Assembly (NCBI GenBank): GCA_015065385.1
Contig: SVQK01000009.1
Location: forward strand, 18,021 to 82,020
DNA length: 64,000 bases
Reading direction: 5' to 3'
Source: Oscillospiraceae bacterium
Lineage (GTDB): Bacteria; Bacillota; Clostridia; Oscillospirales; CAG-272
A program made the position numbers and the translations under genes. Below are positions 63,217 through 64,000 of the stretch, piece after piece; position 1 is the stretch's first letter, and each line of letters opens with the position of its first letter. The notes under the pieces were generated by a model. The model searched no databases and was not told where the DNA came from. It worked only from the letters and a program-made list of their open reading frames with translations.

Positions 63217-64000
63217 TTACAGGCTGACGCGCGCGGGATTCCAGACGACGGCGGTCTTCATGGGCGCGCCTTTTGCGTAGATGCGGTTTTCGTACGCGCC
63301 GATGGGATCCGCGGTGAAGTCGTCACGATCGATCAGCTCCACCAACTCGTTGTACCGGCTCTTCAGAAGAAGCCGGATCGCCTCTTCCATATGGCTCTGG
63401 CGGAAGTTGATGGAACCGAAGATGAGGTGGTTCTTGAATCCGAACGGCATGGTGTCGAAGGTGATCTTCGGGCCGAGGGAGAAGCTGTTGTAGATCCCGT
63501 TGCAGCCGAGGACGCCGTGCCGGAACGCGATCCGGTGCTCGACCTCGGTTCCGGACGTGCCGAGGAAGACCGTAGCCTTCCCGCCGAGCGTCTTTTCGAT
63601 CAGGGCGGCGGATTCTTCCTCGCTCAGCCCGGCGGTGGAGACGTAGCGGGCTCGCGCGGTTTCGCAGGCGAAGGTCACCTTCGGGGAGTCGGCGGGAGAG
63701 CGGGAGACGAAGAGGATGTCGGCGTCCGGATGGTTCCGCCGGATGAGGTCGCCGATGAACATCCCGGTGGTGCCGAGTCCGAAGATCACGGTGCGGTCGA
63801 AGAGGCTGTCCCTGGCGATGCGGCGGGCTTCCTCCTCGGAGCATTTCCGCCGGGCCATCTCGACCCTGAAATTCTGCGCCTCGCCGAGATCCTCCATGCG
63901 CTCGCGCTGGAAGAGCATGCAGGCGAAGGGATCGCAGAAGACCAGCTTTTTCGCGGCCTCGAGGTCGATCTTCCCGGCGCGGACGTATCCGTCGGGGATG
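63217..64000 (-). CDS. MDR-like NAD(P)-dependent sugar dehydrogenase, C-terminal part (5' end runs off the window)
   Basis: The reading frame stays open upstream of the track Met (63918) to the window edge. Rossmann-like VIFGLGTTGMFIG. FGSINFRQSHMEEAI resembles the glucose-1-dehydrogenase-type C-terminal domain (from memory). Confidence 0.5.
   Translation of the reverse strand, partial: IPDGYVRAGKIDLEAAKKLVFCDPFACMLFQRERMEDLGEAQNFRVEMARRKCSEEEARRIARDSLFDRTVIFGLGTTGMFIGDLIRRNHPDADILFVSRSPADSPKVTFACETARARYVSTAGLSEEESAALIEKTLGGKATVFLGTSGTEVEHRIAFRHGVLGCNGIYNSFSLGPKITFDTMPFGFKNHLIFGSINFRQSHMEEAIRLLLKSRYNELVELIDRDDFTADPIGAYENRIYAKGAPMKTAVVWNPARVSL

Overview
This is a GC-rich chromosomal segment (about 60-65% GC by eye, not computed). 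It looks like a Clostridia-type gut anaerobe, possibly Oscillospiraceae/Ruminococcaceae-like; that placement is inference. Supporting signs are canonical TTGACA/TATAAT promoters with TG-extended -10 boxes, GGAGG ribosome-binding sites, a T-box leader, lipoprotein solute-binding proteins and sporulation-style small membrane proteins. About 50 real genes are supported. Housekeeping genes: tpiA-pgk, rpsO-pnp, ileS, ptsH, uvrC, rsmD-coaD, xth, zur-znuACB and a PAPS-synthesis operon (cysC/cysQ fusion, cysD, cysN). Envelope-stress genes: a VanY-like peptidase, HtrA and a CssRS-like two-component system. These are interleaved with cytoplasmic glycan-utilisation genes: GH43-like, a putative TIM-barrel glycosidase, GH109-like, GH5, GH29 fucosidase, an SGNH esterase and a fucose-oxidation-like dehydrogenase/lactonase set. 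There are also two ABC systems. Many long ORFs in the supplied track are antisense or N-terminally over-extended artefacts of high GC. I re-set starts where an RBS plus ATG and a family-typical N-terminus supported it. I found no rRNA, tRNA, CRISPR array, transposase, integrase or recognisable defence gene. The observations most worth follow-up are: (1) a short glycyl radical enzyme with no activase anywhere in the window, translationally coupled to a membrane acyltransferase-3, followed by an orphan lipoprotein SBP and facing a divergent MarR; (2) two low-GC, heavily structured, non-coding islands (about 5.05-5.40 kb and 52.94-53.31 kb) that no annotated feature explains; (3) an unannotated 43-aa Cys/Gly-rich membrane peptide gene with its own RBS and terminator; (4) an unusual PAPS operon with a CysC-CysQ fusion, a CysN carrying a P-loop-less APS-kinase-like tail, and a co-transcribed cytoplasmic GH5. 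All functional calls rest on motif recognition by eye. No database search was run.
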